A stretch of DNA of 64,000 nt from an uncultured Candidatus Saccharibacteria bacterium (GTDB lineage: Bacteria; Patescibacteriota; Minisyncoccia; Phycocordibacterales; SBAW01): assembly GCA_964615415.1 (NCBI GenBank), contig CAZTNI010000001.1, positions 240,746 through 304,745 of the forward strand, in the 5' to 3' direction. The notes under the pieces were generated by a model, which made no database searches, was not told where the DNA came from, and was given only the letters and a program-made list of their open reading frames with translations. Shown piece after piece: positions 28,599-37,918 of this stretch. The position numbers and the translations under genes were made by a program. Every line of letters starts with the position of its first letter. Position 1 is the stretch's first letter.

Positions 28599-29477
28599 AT
28601 GAATTTACGAACTATAACCATTCTGTTAACTGTTATTGCTGTTTTGGCAGTGGGAGCGTTTGCGTGGGCGTCGTTTGGGGGCATGTCTGTGCCGAACCCT
28701 GACAATGGCGGAAATGCCACGACTACTCCAGGTACACAGGACAACATGATCCGTGTGACCGCTCCTGTTGCGTATGCAACGGTGGGGAGTCCGCTTCAGA
28801 TACGCGGCCAGGCGCGTGGCGGGTGGTACTTCGAAGCATCGTTCCCAGTACGTCTTGAAGACGCAAACGGTACCGTACTTGCTCAAGCTCCTGCACAAGC
28901 GCAAGGCGATTGGATGACGACAGAATTTGTCCCATTTGAAGCAACGCTTACATTCACTGCTCCAACAACGGAAACCGGTACGCTTATTCTCGAAAAAGAC
29001 AATCCATCGGGCCTGCCAGAAAACGCAGACGAACGTCGCATCCCGGTACGCTTTTCAACGACTCAAAGCGCTTCTTCAACTCAAGTCGTACAGCTCTACT
29101 ACTACAATCCAAATAACGACAAAGACGCGCAAGGAAATATTCTTTGCTCGGCAAAAGGTTTAGTTGCAGTAAACCGCACGATTCCAAAAACCACGACACC
29201 GCTCGCAGACTCTATTAAGCTACTCCTCAAGGGTGCGTTGACCGCACAGGAAAAAGCACAGGGTATTACGACAGAATTTCCTCTGGCAGGCGTGTCGCTT
29301 ACCTCAGCTACCATCACAGGTGGTGTCGCAACGCTTACCTTTGCAGACCCGCAGAACAAAACCGTGGGCGGTTCATGCCGCGTTGGGGTGCTCTGGAGAC
29401 AAATCGAAGCAACGGCAAAGCAGTTTGCAAGTGTAACGAGCGTACAGTTTAAACCGCAAGACCTATTTCAGCCTTAA
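28599..29477 (+). CDS. Secreted protein with Gmad2 Ig-like and GerMN domains
   Basis: N-terminal signal/TM. The C-terminal region (VQLYYYNPNNDKDAQGNILCSAKGLVAVNRT…ADSIKLLLKG) is GerMN-like. Confidence 0.55.
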   Translation: MNLRTITILLTVIAVLAVGAFAWASFGGMSVPNPDNGGNATTTPGTQDNMIRVTAPVAYATVGSPLQIRGQARGGWYFEASFPVRLEDANGTVLAQAPAQAQGDWMTTEFVPFEATLTFTAPTTETGTLILEKDNPSGLPENADERRIPVRFSTTQSASSTQVVQLYYYNPNNDKDAQGNILCSAKGLVAVNRTIPKTTTPLADSIKLLLKGALTAQEKAQGITTEFPLAGVSLTSATITGGVATLTFADPQNKTVGGSCRVGVLWRQIEATAKQFASVTSVQFKPQDLFQP

Positions 29478-29515
29478 TCCTCAACCTTTTGTAAGGCCGT
29501 CCCTACCCAAAAACT

Positions 29516-29551
29516 CTTGACAAAAGAGGCTTTTGGGTATATTATGAAGTA
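29516..29551 (+). promoter_or_regulatory. Consensus sigma70-type promoter upstream of the DEAD-box helicase gene
   Basis: TTGACA, then a 17-nt spacer (aaagaggcttttgggta), then TATTAT. About 130 nt of hairpin-containing 5' UTR follows. Confidence 0.6.
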
Positions 29552-29681
29552 GTAACAATCTCATTAGTTTTGCCCTGCTTTAGTGTAGGGAACTGGAAGC
29601 CACTCCTGGCTTTGTCTAAAAAACTCGCGAGAACCAGTCGACTTTTTATTATAAAGACTGTTGGTTACGAGTAGACAAAGT

Positions 29682-30974
29682 ATGTATTCAAATAATCGTT
29701 CAAGTTCTGGCCGCGGAAATTCTTTTTCTCGTGGTAATTCATTTAATAAAGGTGGAAGTACTCGCCGTTTTGGTGGTGGCTTTAACCGTGGTGGTTCACG
29801 CGGCGGTTCTCGCGGTGGATTTAACCGTGGCGGCAAGGGTCGCACAGGTCAATACATTGATCCATCTAAATTTATCAACAAAGCAGTTATAACCGAAGAG
29901 GCTCCACATTTTGTTCCGGAGCACCGCTTCGAAGACTTTGCCATTGTCGAGCAGCTCAAGAAAGCAATTATTGCAAAGGGCTATACGACACCGACTCCTA
30001 TTCAAGACCGTGCTATTCCGCATGTGCTTAAAGGCTCAGACGTCGTAGGTATTGCAAATACTGGTACCGGTAAGACCGCTGCGTTTTTGATCCCGCTTAT
30101 CGACAAAGTGCTTCGCAATCCGCAAGAGGAAGTGCTTATTATTGTGCCAACACGCGAACTCGCTATTCAAATTGATGAAGAGCTGAAAGGCTTTACGAAG
30201 GGAATGAAACTCTTCTCTACGGTATGTGTGGGCGGTGTTAACATCGGTCCACAAATTTCGCAGCTTCGCTACAAGAATCACTTTGTGATCGGTACACCAG
30301 GTCGTCTTAAGGATCTTATCGAGCGTAAGAAAATCCGCCGCGAAACGTTTAATACTATTGTGTTAGACGAAGCTGACCGCATGCTCGACATGGGTTTCAT
30401 TAATGATATGCGCTATGTCATGGAAGGCATGCCGCAGAATCGTCATACCCTCTTCTTCTCTGCAACGCTTTCTCCTGAAATCGAGAAGCTTATTTCAGAG
30501 TTCCTTCGCGAGCCAGTGCGCATTAAAGTATCAAACGGTACGACGACTTCTGCGCAAATTGACCAAGATGTCGTACGTGTCTCTCCAGGTCAGCAAAAAC
30601 TCGATGTGTTGCAGGAACTCCTTGCACAAAAAGAGTTCAATAAAGTAATTATTTTCGGCCGCACAAAGCATGGTGTCGAGCGTCTTTCGAAGATGCTGGA
30701 GCAGCGTGGCTTTAAGGCTGAGTCTATTCATGGCAACAAGAGCCACTCGCAACGTCAGCGTGCCTTGGATAGTTTTAAGAAGAATCAGGCTCAGGTTCTT
30801 GTTGCAACAGACGTTGCTGCACGTGGGCTCGATATCGCCGACGTCTCACACGTCATCAACTACGAACTTCCTATGACCTACGAGGACTATGTGCACCGCA
30901 TTGGCCGTACCGGCCGTGGTAATAAGCGTGGCAAGGCGCTTACCTTCTTAGAACATAATGAAACCCGCAACTAA
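29682..30974 (+). CDS. DEAD-box ATP-dependent RNA helicase with N-terminal RGG/GS-rich low-complexity region
   Basis: Q-motif/Walker A (ANTGTGKT), DEAD (VLDEADRML), SAT, HRIGRTGR. Residues 1-60 are rich in RGG/GGS repeats. An alternative TTG start lies at 29661. Confidence 0.85.
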   Translation: MYSNNRSSSGRGNSFSRGNSFNKGGSTRRFGGGFNRGGSRGGSRGGFNRGGKGRTGQYIDPSKFINKAVITEEAPHFVPEHRFEDFAIVEQLKKAIIAKGYTTPTPIQDRAIPHVLKGSDVVGIANTGTGKTAAFLIPLIDKVLRNPQEEVLIIVPTRELAIQIDEELKGFTKGMKLFSTVCVGGVNIGPQISQLRYKNHFVIGTPGRLKDLIERKKIRRETFNTIVLDEADRMLDMGFINDMRYVMEGMPQNRHTLFFSATLSPEIEKLISEFLREPVRIKVSNGTTTSAQIDQDVVRVSPGQQKLDVLQELLAQKEFNKVIIFGRTKHGVERLSKMLEQRGFKAESIHGNKSHSQRQRALDSFKKNQAQVLVATDVAARGLDIADVSHVINYELPMTYEDYVHRIGRTGRGNKRGKALTFLEHNETRN

Positions 30975-31125
30975 GACATTTCAAAAAGGAGGCAAGTGGA
31001 TCGAAAAAAAGTCTAAGACTGAGATTCTTGTCTGTGCTTGCGGTAATAAATATATCCGCACCCGTAAAAATCAGGCGAAGTGCTTACAGTGTGTGGTGCG
31101 CGACCTTGCGCTAGCTCAGAAATAA
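30958..31125 (+). CDS. Putative 55-aa zinc-ribbon protein (C-x-C…C-x2-C); overlaps the helicase 3' end by 17 nt
   Basis: ATG 30958 to TAA 31123-31125 encodes MKPATKTFQKGGKWIEKKSKTEILVCACGNKYIRTRKNQAKCLQCVVRDLALAQK. It is too short for the ORF track. No clean SD-start pairing is present. Confidence 0.3.
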   Translation: MKPATKTFQKGGKWIEKKSKTEILVCACGNKYIRTRKNQAKCLQCVVRDLALAQK

Positions 31126-31164
31126 GTTTGACCGCTGCGAGCGGATCGCCTAGACTACTAGTCT

Positions 31165-31458
31165 ATGCATGTAGTAATTAAACACTCGTTTACTAAAGAC
31201 GAAGCGGTGCGTCGTGTAAAAATGGCGCTCGACCAAGCGCGTTCGCAAGCAGGACAGCACGTGGAAGGTTTGCAAGAAAATTGGGACAACGACACGCTTA
31301 ACTTCGCTTTTGATCTCCAAGGGAAAAATATCACCGGTACGCTCGATGTGCGTGACAATGAATTTGAGCTCAATGCGAAGCTTCCGCTCCTGTGGCGCAT
31401 GTTTGAAGGGAAAATAGAAAAGATGATCGAAGCGCAGGCCTCTCAGTTCATCAAGTAG
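31165..31458 (+). CDS. Polyhydroxyalkanoic-acid-system family protein (PHA_gran_rgn-like)
   Basis: 97-aa sequence MHVVIKHSFTKDEAVRRVKMALDQ…NEFELNAKLPLLWRMFEGKIEKMIE resembles the PHA_gran_rgn family. Confidence 0.5.
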   Translation: MHVVIKHSFTKDEAVRRVKMALDQARSQAGQHVEGLQENWDNDTLNFAFDLQGKNITGTLDVRDNEFELNAKLPLLWRMFEGKIEKMIEAQASQFIK

Positions 31459-31466
31459 GCTTCTTC

Positions 31467-31688
31467 ATGATCTCTACAGGGCCCAGCTTTCATACTGGTA
31501 AGGCTGGGCTTATTGGTATAACAAACACACTAACTATGTTAATGACCATTGCGATCGTGCTGATTCTTTTGTGGATCCTCGGGTTGGTATCGTCCTATAC
31601 CATCGGCGGGCTTATCCATATTTTGCTCGTGATAGCAGTCGTACTTTTTTTGGTACGCGTTATCCAGGGACGCAATCCACTGGGGTAG
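31467..31688 (+). CDS. Small membrane protein (Lmo0937-like)
   Basis: 73 aa with two TM helices. Confidence 0.4.
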   Translation: MISTGPSFHTGKAGLIGITNTLTMLMTIAIVLILLWILGLVSSYTIGGLIHILLVIAVVLFLVRVIQGRNPLG

Positions 31689-31724
31689 TGCGAAGCGATC
31701 CGTACTCCCGGGTATACTGAGCAC

Positions 31725-32867
31725 ATGCTTGTACGTGCATGTGCTCTTTGTATTGCGGTACTTATGCCGTTTGCTGCTCTCTATGCAGCGCCGCTGAACA
31801 CGCCCTCATTTGAAGTGGGAGGATGGCTACCGTATTGGCGAGAAGATGAAGGGACTGCTGTTGTAAAAAAACACTTAGATGCGCTTACGACGATCCATCC
31901 CTTTGGCTACACGGTAGACAAAAATGGTGCGCTCCATGACGAGATGGGTGTACGGAAAGAACCGTGGCGGAGTTTTAACGCGGCAGTGCAAGAAACAGCA
32001 GTGCGGCTAATCCCGACTGTTATCTGGCACGACGGCGCTGCTATCCACGATGTGTTAAGCGACCCTATACAACGCAAAGCGCACGTTACAGACATTGTGC
32101 GCACGGTAGAGCGCGAAGGGTTTGATGGCATCGACATCGACTACGAAGCAAAGCGTGCGGAAACGAACCCGTTTTTTACGCTCTTTTTAAAAGAGCTCTA
32201 CGCGGCAATAGGGAGTAAGTTTGTATACTGCACTATCGAGCCGCGTACGCCGCCAGAATCTGCATTTTCTGTCGTGCCAAAAAATCTTCAGTACGCAAAC
32301 GACTACACCGCGCTGCGCGCGTATTGTGACCGTGTCGTTATTATGGCGTACGACCAAGGGACGATTGACCTCACTCTTAATAAAGCGGCAAGGGGTGCGC
32401 CGTATATTCCTGTTGCAGATGTGGCATGGGTAGAAAAAGTGGTGGAGTTGGCGCTGCAGACTCTTCCCAAAGATAAAGTAATTATCGGCATTCCAACGTA
32501 CGGGTACGAGTACACGATAACGCCACTCCAGAAAGGGTATCGCTATGACCGGTTAGGAGCGTTTAATCCGGGCTACGCGCTTGCTATTGCTGAGCGTCTC
32601 GGTATCACACCAACTCGCACGCTTTCTGGCGAACTTGCCGTCACGTATATTGCATCCTCTTCGCCGCTGTATACCGGGGCAAGTATCGCTGCTGGACCAA
32701 GTTTTTCTAAAAACGCTACTGTGTATAGCCTCCTGTGGTGGAGTGATGCTGTGGCTATTAAGGAAAAGATAGACCTCGCTAAAAAATTAGGAGTGCAAGG
32801 GGTGTCTATTTTTAAACTCGATGGGAGTCACGACCCTAAATTGTGGGATATACTTTTGGGATACTAA
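31725..32867 (+). CDS. Glycoside hydrolase family 18 (chitinase-like) protein, secreted
   Basis: GH18 catalytic motif GFDGIDIDYE, with an N-terminal signal/TM. Confidence 0.75.
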   Translation: MLVRACALCIAVLMPFAALYAAPLNTPSFEVGGWLPYWREDEGTAVVKKHLDALTTIHPFGYTVDKNGALHDEMGVRKEPWRSFNAAVQETAVRLIPTVIWHDGAAIHDVLSDPIQRKAHVTDIVRTVEREGFDGIDIDYEAKRAETNPFFTLFLKELYAAIGSKFVYCTIEPRTPPESAFSVVPKNLQYANDYTALRAYCDRVVIMAYDQGTIDLTLNKAARGAPYIPVADVAWVEKVVELALQTLPKDKVIIGIPTYGYEYTITPLQKGYRYDRLGAFNPGYALAIAERLGITPTRTLSGELAVTYIASSSPLYTGASIAAGPSFSKNATVYSLLWWSDAVAIKEKIDLAKKLGVQGVSIFKLDGSHDPKLWDILLGY

Positions 32868-32879
32868 TAACGGAAGCAT

Positions 32880-34118
32880 ATGGACCACACGAACCCATGG
32901 GAGAGTGCTAAAAAGCAATTAGCAAAAGCAACCGCACATATCTCGCTTGATCCGCTCTTACGTGCAACGCTAGAACATCCTGACCGTATTGTAGAAGTGT
33001 CGGTGCCAGTCACTATGGACGATGGGTCTATCCGTGTGTTCGACGGTTTTCGGGTACAGCACAATAATGCGCGTGGTCCGTATAAAGGAGGACTGCGCTA
33101 TCACGAGGAAGTGGACATGGATGAAGTCCGGGCACTCTCGTTTTGGATGACGATGAAAAACGCAGTCATCGACGTGCCGTTTGGTGGAGGGAAAGGCGGC
33201 GTGCGCGTGAACGCCAAAGAACTTTCAGAAGGTGAACTTGAGCGTCTTACTCGAGAATTTGCACGTAAAATCGCTCCTGTGATAGGCCCGGACATAGACG
33301 TGCCAGCACCTGATGTAAATACAAACGGTAAAATAATGCTTTGGATCGTCGATGAGTATGCAAAAGTAACGGGAGCTCCTGCACCTGCGGTCGTAACCGG
33401 TAAGCCGGTCGGCCAAGGTGGTTCAGAAGGTCGCACTGAAGCAACAGGGCTCGGCGGGTCGTACGCACTTGCTGCACTTGCGCCGCGTTTAGGAAAAAAA
33501 CTTTCAGACCTGCGCGTTGCGGTGCAAGGGTTTGGCAATGTGGGGAGCTACGCAGCACAATTTTTACAAGAAGCAGGCTGCACTGTGGTTGCTATTTCCG
33601 ACTCGCAAACCGGTATGTACAACCCTAACGGAATTAAAAACCTACAAGCAGTACGCGAATATAAAGAAAAGACAGGGAAGCTTGAAGGTTGTCCAGAGCT
33701 AGTAGAGGCAGAGCGTGTGCCGCATGACGAAGTGTTAAAGCTTGCGGTAGATGTCATAGTCCCTTCCGCACTCGAAAATGCCTTGACGATAGATAATGCG
33801 CCGCACGTGCAAGCCTCAATTGTGCTTGAAATGGCCAACGGACCAACCACTGCCGAGGCGGACGAATTTTTAACCAATAAAGGTGTTGTTATTATTCCCG
33901 ATATTTTGGCAAACGCCGGGGGTGTTGCGGTCAGTTACTGCGAATGGGAGCAAAATAAAAAGAACGAGCGTTGGAATAAGGAAGACGTCTTTGGGTTTCT
34001 GCAAAAGAAAATGAGTAGTGCTGCAGAACGAGTATGGGACACTGCGCAAACATACAAAGTGTCCTTGCGCGAAGCTGCGTATGTGGCCGCACTTAAGAAA
34101 ATATCAGAAAAATATTGA
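32880..34118 (+). CDS. gdhA: Glutamate dehydrogenase
   Basis: GGGKGG catalytic lysine motif, and an NAD(P)-binding domain with GFGNVGSYAAQ. Confidence 0.9.
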   Translation: MDHTNPWESAKKQLAKATAHISLDPLLRATLEHPDRIVEVSVPVTMDDGSIRVFDGFRVQHNNARGPYKGGLRYHEEVDMDEVRALSFWMTMKNAVIDVPFGGGKGGVRVNAKELSEGELERLTREFARKIAPVIGPDIDVPAPDVNTNGKIMLWIVDEYAKVTGAPAPAVVTGKPVGQGGSEGRTEATGLGGSYALAALAPRLGKKLSDLRVAVQGFGNVGSYAAQFLQEAGCTVVAISDSQTGMYNPNGIKNLQAVREYKEKTGKLEGCPELVEAERVPHDEVLKLAVDVIVPSALENALTIDNAPHVQASIVLEMANGPTTAEADEFLTNKGVVIIPDILANAGGVAVSYCEWEQNKKNERWNKEDVFGFLQKKMSSAAERVWDTAQTYKVSLREAAYVAALKKISEKY

Positions 34119-34159
34119 TGTGTAGTATACTGCCAGTATTACTTATCTAGGCGTACGCT

Positions 34160-34672
34160 ATGAAACAATCAACAATCATTGTGCTTCTTGCTGTTTTGGT
34201 AGTCGTGGGAGGGGGAGTGTATTGGTATAGCAGTATGCAAGGCGGGTCAGTACAGCCGGCAGAGCAGTCTACAAACACAGCAACCACCACGACAGAAAAT
34301 CCTACAGGGCAAGCCTCTACCACAGTAGGTGTTGGCGTAACTGTTGGCTCCTCAGCAGTGCCTATGAGCGCAACAGTCACCTACAGTGCAGATGGTTTTT
34401 CTCCGCAAGCTGTCACTATTAAAAAAGGGGGTACCGTAACCTGGGTGAACGAGGGTGATGGCAACATGTGGGTCGGCGCGGCGTCGCACCCATCGCACAC
34501 AAGCTACAGCGGCACAACACTTGCAGAACACTGTGGCGGCACTGCGCCCGAATCGTTCGATCAGTGCGAGAATGGCGATCAGTACTCATTTACGTTCGAC
34601 AAGGTGGGTAAGTGGAATTATCACAACCACTCTCGCGCGTCGCACTTTGGGTCAGTTACAGTAGTTGAATAA
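34160..34672 (+). CDS. Secreted cupredoxin-like domain protein
   Basis: N-terminal TM, Thr-rich linker, then a beta-sandwich region with His/Cys/Met residues (GGTVTWVNEGDGNMW…HNH). Confidence 0.4.
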   Translation: MKQSTIIVLLAVLVVVGGGVYWYSSMQGGSVQPAEQSTNTATTTTENPTGQASTTVGVGVTVGSSAVPMSATVTYSADGFSPQAVTIKKGGTVTWVNEGDGNMWVGAASHPSHTSYSGTTLAEHCGGTAPESFDQCENGDQYSFTFDKVGKWNYHNHSRASHFGSVTVVE

Positions 34673-35036
34673 TTGTATGATTGCGCGCGTACCAGACCTC
34701 CTGCTTCGTCTTGCGGTTGCGTTTGCGTTTCTCTACCCACCCATCAATGCGTGGGGCGACCCGAACGCGTGGATCGGCTATTTCCCGCAGTTTATGTCGG
34801 GTATTCTCCCAGACGAAACCTTGCTTCATGTGTTTGGAGGTATAGAAATACTACTTGCGCTTTGGATTTTAAGTGGCTGGAAGATAGTCTGGCCTTGTGT
34901 CGGAGCTGCAGTCATGTTGCTTGCTATCGTAGGGTTCAATATGTCCGAGTTCCAAGTGCTGTTCCGCGACGTGTCGATAGCACTCGCTGCGCTCGCGCTT
35001 GCCTACCTGCACAAACCTCAGACACAACACGTGTAA
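34665..35036 (+). CDS. Hypothetical membrane protein (DoxX-like?)
   Basis: 123 aa with 3-4 TM helices. Confidence 0.4.
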   Translation: MNNCMIARVPDLLLRLAVAFAFLYPPINAWGDPNAWIGYFPQFMSGILPDETLLHVFGGIEILLALWILSGWKIVWPCVGAAVMLLAIVGFNMSEFQVLFRDVSIALAALALAYLHKPQTQHV

Positions 35037-35045
35037 TATATCTGT

Positions 35046-35915
35046 ATGCACGACGGTAAACGATTTCAGCCTCTGGTCTACCTGCTTGTAGTTGTGTTCA
35101 TTGTGCTTGTTGGATGGCTCTTGTGGATAGACAAAGGAGTGGGAGGACCAGGATTCATACAGGCTGTTCAGTATACGTGTGCGCAGGAAAAGATAATCCA
35201 GGCTTCGTTTTATGAAGAAGAGGTGCGCCTTGTGCTGAATGACGGTCGTCGCATGACTTTGCCGCAAACTATTTCTGCGTCGGGTATTCGCTATGCGAAC
35301 GCAGACGAGTCGTTTGTATTCTGGAGCAAAGGTAACACTGCCTTTATTACTGAAGGTACGTCTGGGAAAGAAACGTATAGCAACTGTGTGACGGCCGGTG
35401 CCGCCCCGGGAGCACAGGAAGAGGAGTGGGAGACGTTTAGCAAACCATTTTCAAACTACGCTATCCAATATCCCTCTACCTATGCAGTGAATCAAAACTA
35501 TCTCTACACTGCGCTCGGTCCGGGTAAAGAAATTCGCGGCGTAAAGTTTACTATCCCACAGTCTCTTTCAATAGGAACAAATCTTTCTTCCGACACGGGT
35601 CTGAGTGTTGAGGAAATTGCTAACCCGGCGTCCTGCAGTCCAACACGCTTTGTCTACGATGCGCAGGATATCCGCACCGTGTACGAGCACGGTATTGAGT
35701 ACTCCGTGGCAGACAGTGGAGGTGCGGCAGCAGGGAACCTGTACGAGGAACATGTCTACGCTATTCCCGGCACGTCGCCCTGCATAGCTATCCGCTATTT
35801 CATCCACTCAACAAATATTGGTAACTACGAACCAGGCGCAGTCCGCGAGTTCGACAAAGAAGCGCTTATAGCAGAGTTCGACCGGATCCGCAGTACGCTG
35901 AACGTCTCGCGCTAG
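35046..35915 (+). CDS. MliC-domain (membrane-bound lysozyme inhibitor of C-type lysozyme) protein with additional C-terminal domain
   Basis: MliC hallmark …YTCAQEKIIQASFYEE…LPQTISASGIRYANADESFVFWSKGNTAF (the SxSGxRY motif). Confidence 0.65.
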   Translation: MHDGKRFQPLVYLLVVVFIVLVGWLLWIDKGVGGPGFIQAVQYTCAQEKIIQASFYEEEVRLVLNDGRRMTLPQTISASGIRYANADESFVFWSKGNTAFITEGTSGKETYSNCVTAGAAPGAQEEEWETFSKPFSNYAIQYPSTYAVNQNYLYTALGPGKEIRGVKFTIPQSLSIGTNLSSDTGLSVEEIANPASCSPTRFVYDAQDIRTVYEHGIEYSVADSGGAAAGNLYEEHVYAIPGTSPCIAIRYFIHSTNIGNYEPGAVREFDKEALIAEFDRIRSTLNVSR

Positions 35916-35973
35916 AGGTTGACTTTTTGTAAAAATAGGTTACTCTTTCTTCTTAGAAGAACGTCGTAACCGA

Positions 35974-36852
35974 TTGGAGGGGTGCATGGACGCCAGAGTA
36001 ACTGAACGGAGGCCGAAGGTCGAGACGCTTGTCTCGAAGCTTGACCCAAACGAAGTAATCCGGTTCGCCGATATGCAGTACGTGCTCGAGCGCTACGGAC
36101 CGGACGTGGAGCCGCATAAGTCCCGAGAAGCAGAGGCGAACCTGCAGTTCCTTTCCTCGCTTAATGGGGCGCCTGGCTCTAAGGAGGAAATTTATCTTAT
36201 GCGCGTGCGCAACATTCTGTTTGCGTATGCGCGTGACAGAGTCGAGCGGGCCATCAAGTACGACAAGGCAAAAAAGAAGGTGGCGGACCGTTATCGCTAC
36301 ATTCAGGAAAGCCTGCGTCGAGGATGGTGGCAGCGCTTGCTCTACGCGCTGCTCTCGAAAGTTGGGGCCATTACTGTTTTTGCTACATTCGGCTACGGAT
36401 TAGCACAAACACTTGCCCCGATTATTCCCGAAGTGCTGAGCCAGTTTACGGGCGAGACAGGAGGTTCGTTTCTTGTAACGCTGGTGAGTGGCTTCATCGG
36501 CCTTGTGGTGCAGAACGCGCTCGTGGATTATCGCAAGGCAAAAGTAGATCGCGAGCGAGAGTTCCTCTTCCAGTCGGCCAAGCAGGCATACCGGGAAGCG
36601 AAGGAATTTCTCTATAACCAGTACTGGAAAGAGTGCGTCGATGCGTGGGAGGAGTACACCGAAGTTCCGTACGCGCGCATCTCGTTCCATCACGAGATCG
36701 TTCGACAAGAGCTCCGTGAAGAGCGCGAACACGAGCGCGAACTTCGCTTCCTCCGCCTGACCGAACTCCAGCGGGCATGGCGCTACGCGCACGGCCTTTG
36801 GAAGCGCAGCGTGGCTCGGATCAAAGCGCGGCGGAAGTCGGTCAAGACGTAA
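35974..36852 (+). CDS. Hypothetical protein with central TM hairpin and charged coiled-coil regions
   Basis: 292-aa ORF with no recognisable domain. Confidence 0.45.
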   Translation: MEGCMDARVTERRPKVETLVSKLDPNEVIRFADMQYVLERYGPDVEPHKSREAEANLQFLSSLNGAPGSKEEIYLMRVRNILFAYARDRVERAIKYDKAKKKVADRYRYIQESLRRGWWQRLLYALLSKVGAITVFATFGYGLAQTLAPIIPEVLSQFTGETGGSFLVTLVSGFIGLVVQNALVDYRKAKVDREREFLFQSAKQAYREAKEFLYNQYWKECVDAWEEYTEVPYARISFHHEIVRQELREEREHERELRFLRLTELQRAWRYAHGLWKRSVARIKARRKSVKT

Positions 36853-36892
36853 GTGTGGGCGCCCTAGCAATAGGGCGCCCTTTTTCTTTTCC

Positions 36893-36956
36893 GGATTATC
36901 CACACATATGTGTATCTTGTGTATTGCGCTCAAAATGTGTGTGCTACTATACACAT
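36893..36956. promoter_or_regulatory. Candidate LexA operator palindromes upstream of lexA
   Basis: A perfect 12-bp palindrome ACACATATGTGT at 36896-36909 and a second dyad ATGTGT-N10-ACACAT at 36935-36956, directly 5' of the lexA start. Confidence 0.5.
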
Positions 36957-37619
36957 ATGCAGCAGCTACTCACTTTTAAACAACAGCGGGTGCTCTCCGA
37001 GCTTCGCTCACATATTGCAGAGCATAACGAGCCACCAACGCTCGAAGAGCTTCGCAAAACCCTTGGGTTCGAGTCTCTCCGTACGGTGACGCAATACTTA
37101 GACATTCTCGAGCGTAAGGGCTACATCGTCCGCCATAAAGGTTTGAAGAAAAATATCGAACTACGTAATGCAGACGGTGGGTGGGGTACAGTATCTATCC
37201 CTGTTATCGCCAATGTCGGCTGCGACGACCTCTCCGTCTATGCACAAGAACAAGCGGACGAATTTATTGAAGTCGACAAAAAAATTGTCGATGAAGCGGG
37301 GGAAATTGTTGCAGTGCGTGCCGTCGGCGAGTCTATGTTAGACGCAGGTATTAAAAGCGGGGACTATATTCTGGTGCAATTTACAAACAATGTGCAAACC
37401 GGCGACCGTGTTGCAGCAATAGTGGGCGACATGGTCACCGTAAAGCGGCTCGAGAAAAAAGACGGCGTCACTATCCTCTGGCCAGAGTCGAAAGATCCTA
37501 AATACAAACCGATTATTCTCCACGAAGATTTTAAAATCACCGGCAAAGTACTCTGTGTTATTTCTCAGCCAGATGTCGAGATTACGGAAGTGGTTCCTCT
37601 CAAAGAAGACGAATACTAA
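36957..37619 (+). CDS. lexA: LexA repressor (S24 peptidase family)
   Basis: N-terminal wHTH (…LEELRKTLGFESLRTVTQYLDILERKGYI…) and a C-terminal S24 domain with VGESMLDAGI (Ser) and VKRL (Lys). The start was trimmed to the ATG at 36957. Confidence 0.8.
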   Translation: MQQLLTFKQQRVLSELRSHIAEHNEPPTLEELRKTLGFESLRTVTQYLDILERKGYIVRHKGLKKNIELRNADGGWGTVSIPVIANVGCDDLSVYAQEQADEFIEVDKKIVDEAGEIVAVRAVGESMLDAGIKSGDYILVQFTNNVQTGDRVAAIVGDMVTVKRLEKKDGVTILWPESKDPKYKPIILHEDFKITGKVLCVISQPDVEITEVVPLKEDEY

Positions 37620-37749
37620 GAGGTTTCTAAAAATTGCGAGCTACTGTGTTGCAGCCTGTGCTACTCCTTCACAATAAGAAACTATTGCTCAGTCCGTTGC
37701 TCGGGTGCGCCTTGTATCTCATCAATTTTTAGAAACCTCTATAAAAACT

Positions 37750-37890
37750 ATGATCAAAAAGATTGGTAAAAAATACGTGGTACTTTCGGAAGATAGTACC
37801 CGGCGTCTTGGGACGTATACAACTCTTGCTGAAGCGAAGGAGCGTCTGCAACAAATAGAGATTTTTAAACGCCGCAAGGTAAAGAAATAA
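37750..37890 (+). CDS. Small basic hypothetical protein (46 aa)
   Basis: MIKKIGKKYVVLSEDSTRRLGTYTTLAEAKERLQQIEIFKRRKVKK. Weak call. Confidence 0.3.
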   Translation: MIKKIGKKYVVLSEDSTRRLGTYTTLAEAKERLQQIEIFKRRKVKK

Positions 37891-37894
37891 AGAA

Positions 37895-37918
37895 GCCCCG
37901 CGCATGGTGCGCGGGGCT
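37895..37918. terminator. Rho-independent terminator hairpin (U-tract on the minus-strand side)
   Basis: GCCCCGCGCATGGTGCGCGGGGC. On the minus strand it is followed by UUCUUUAUUUCUUU. Confidence 0.65.
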
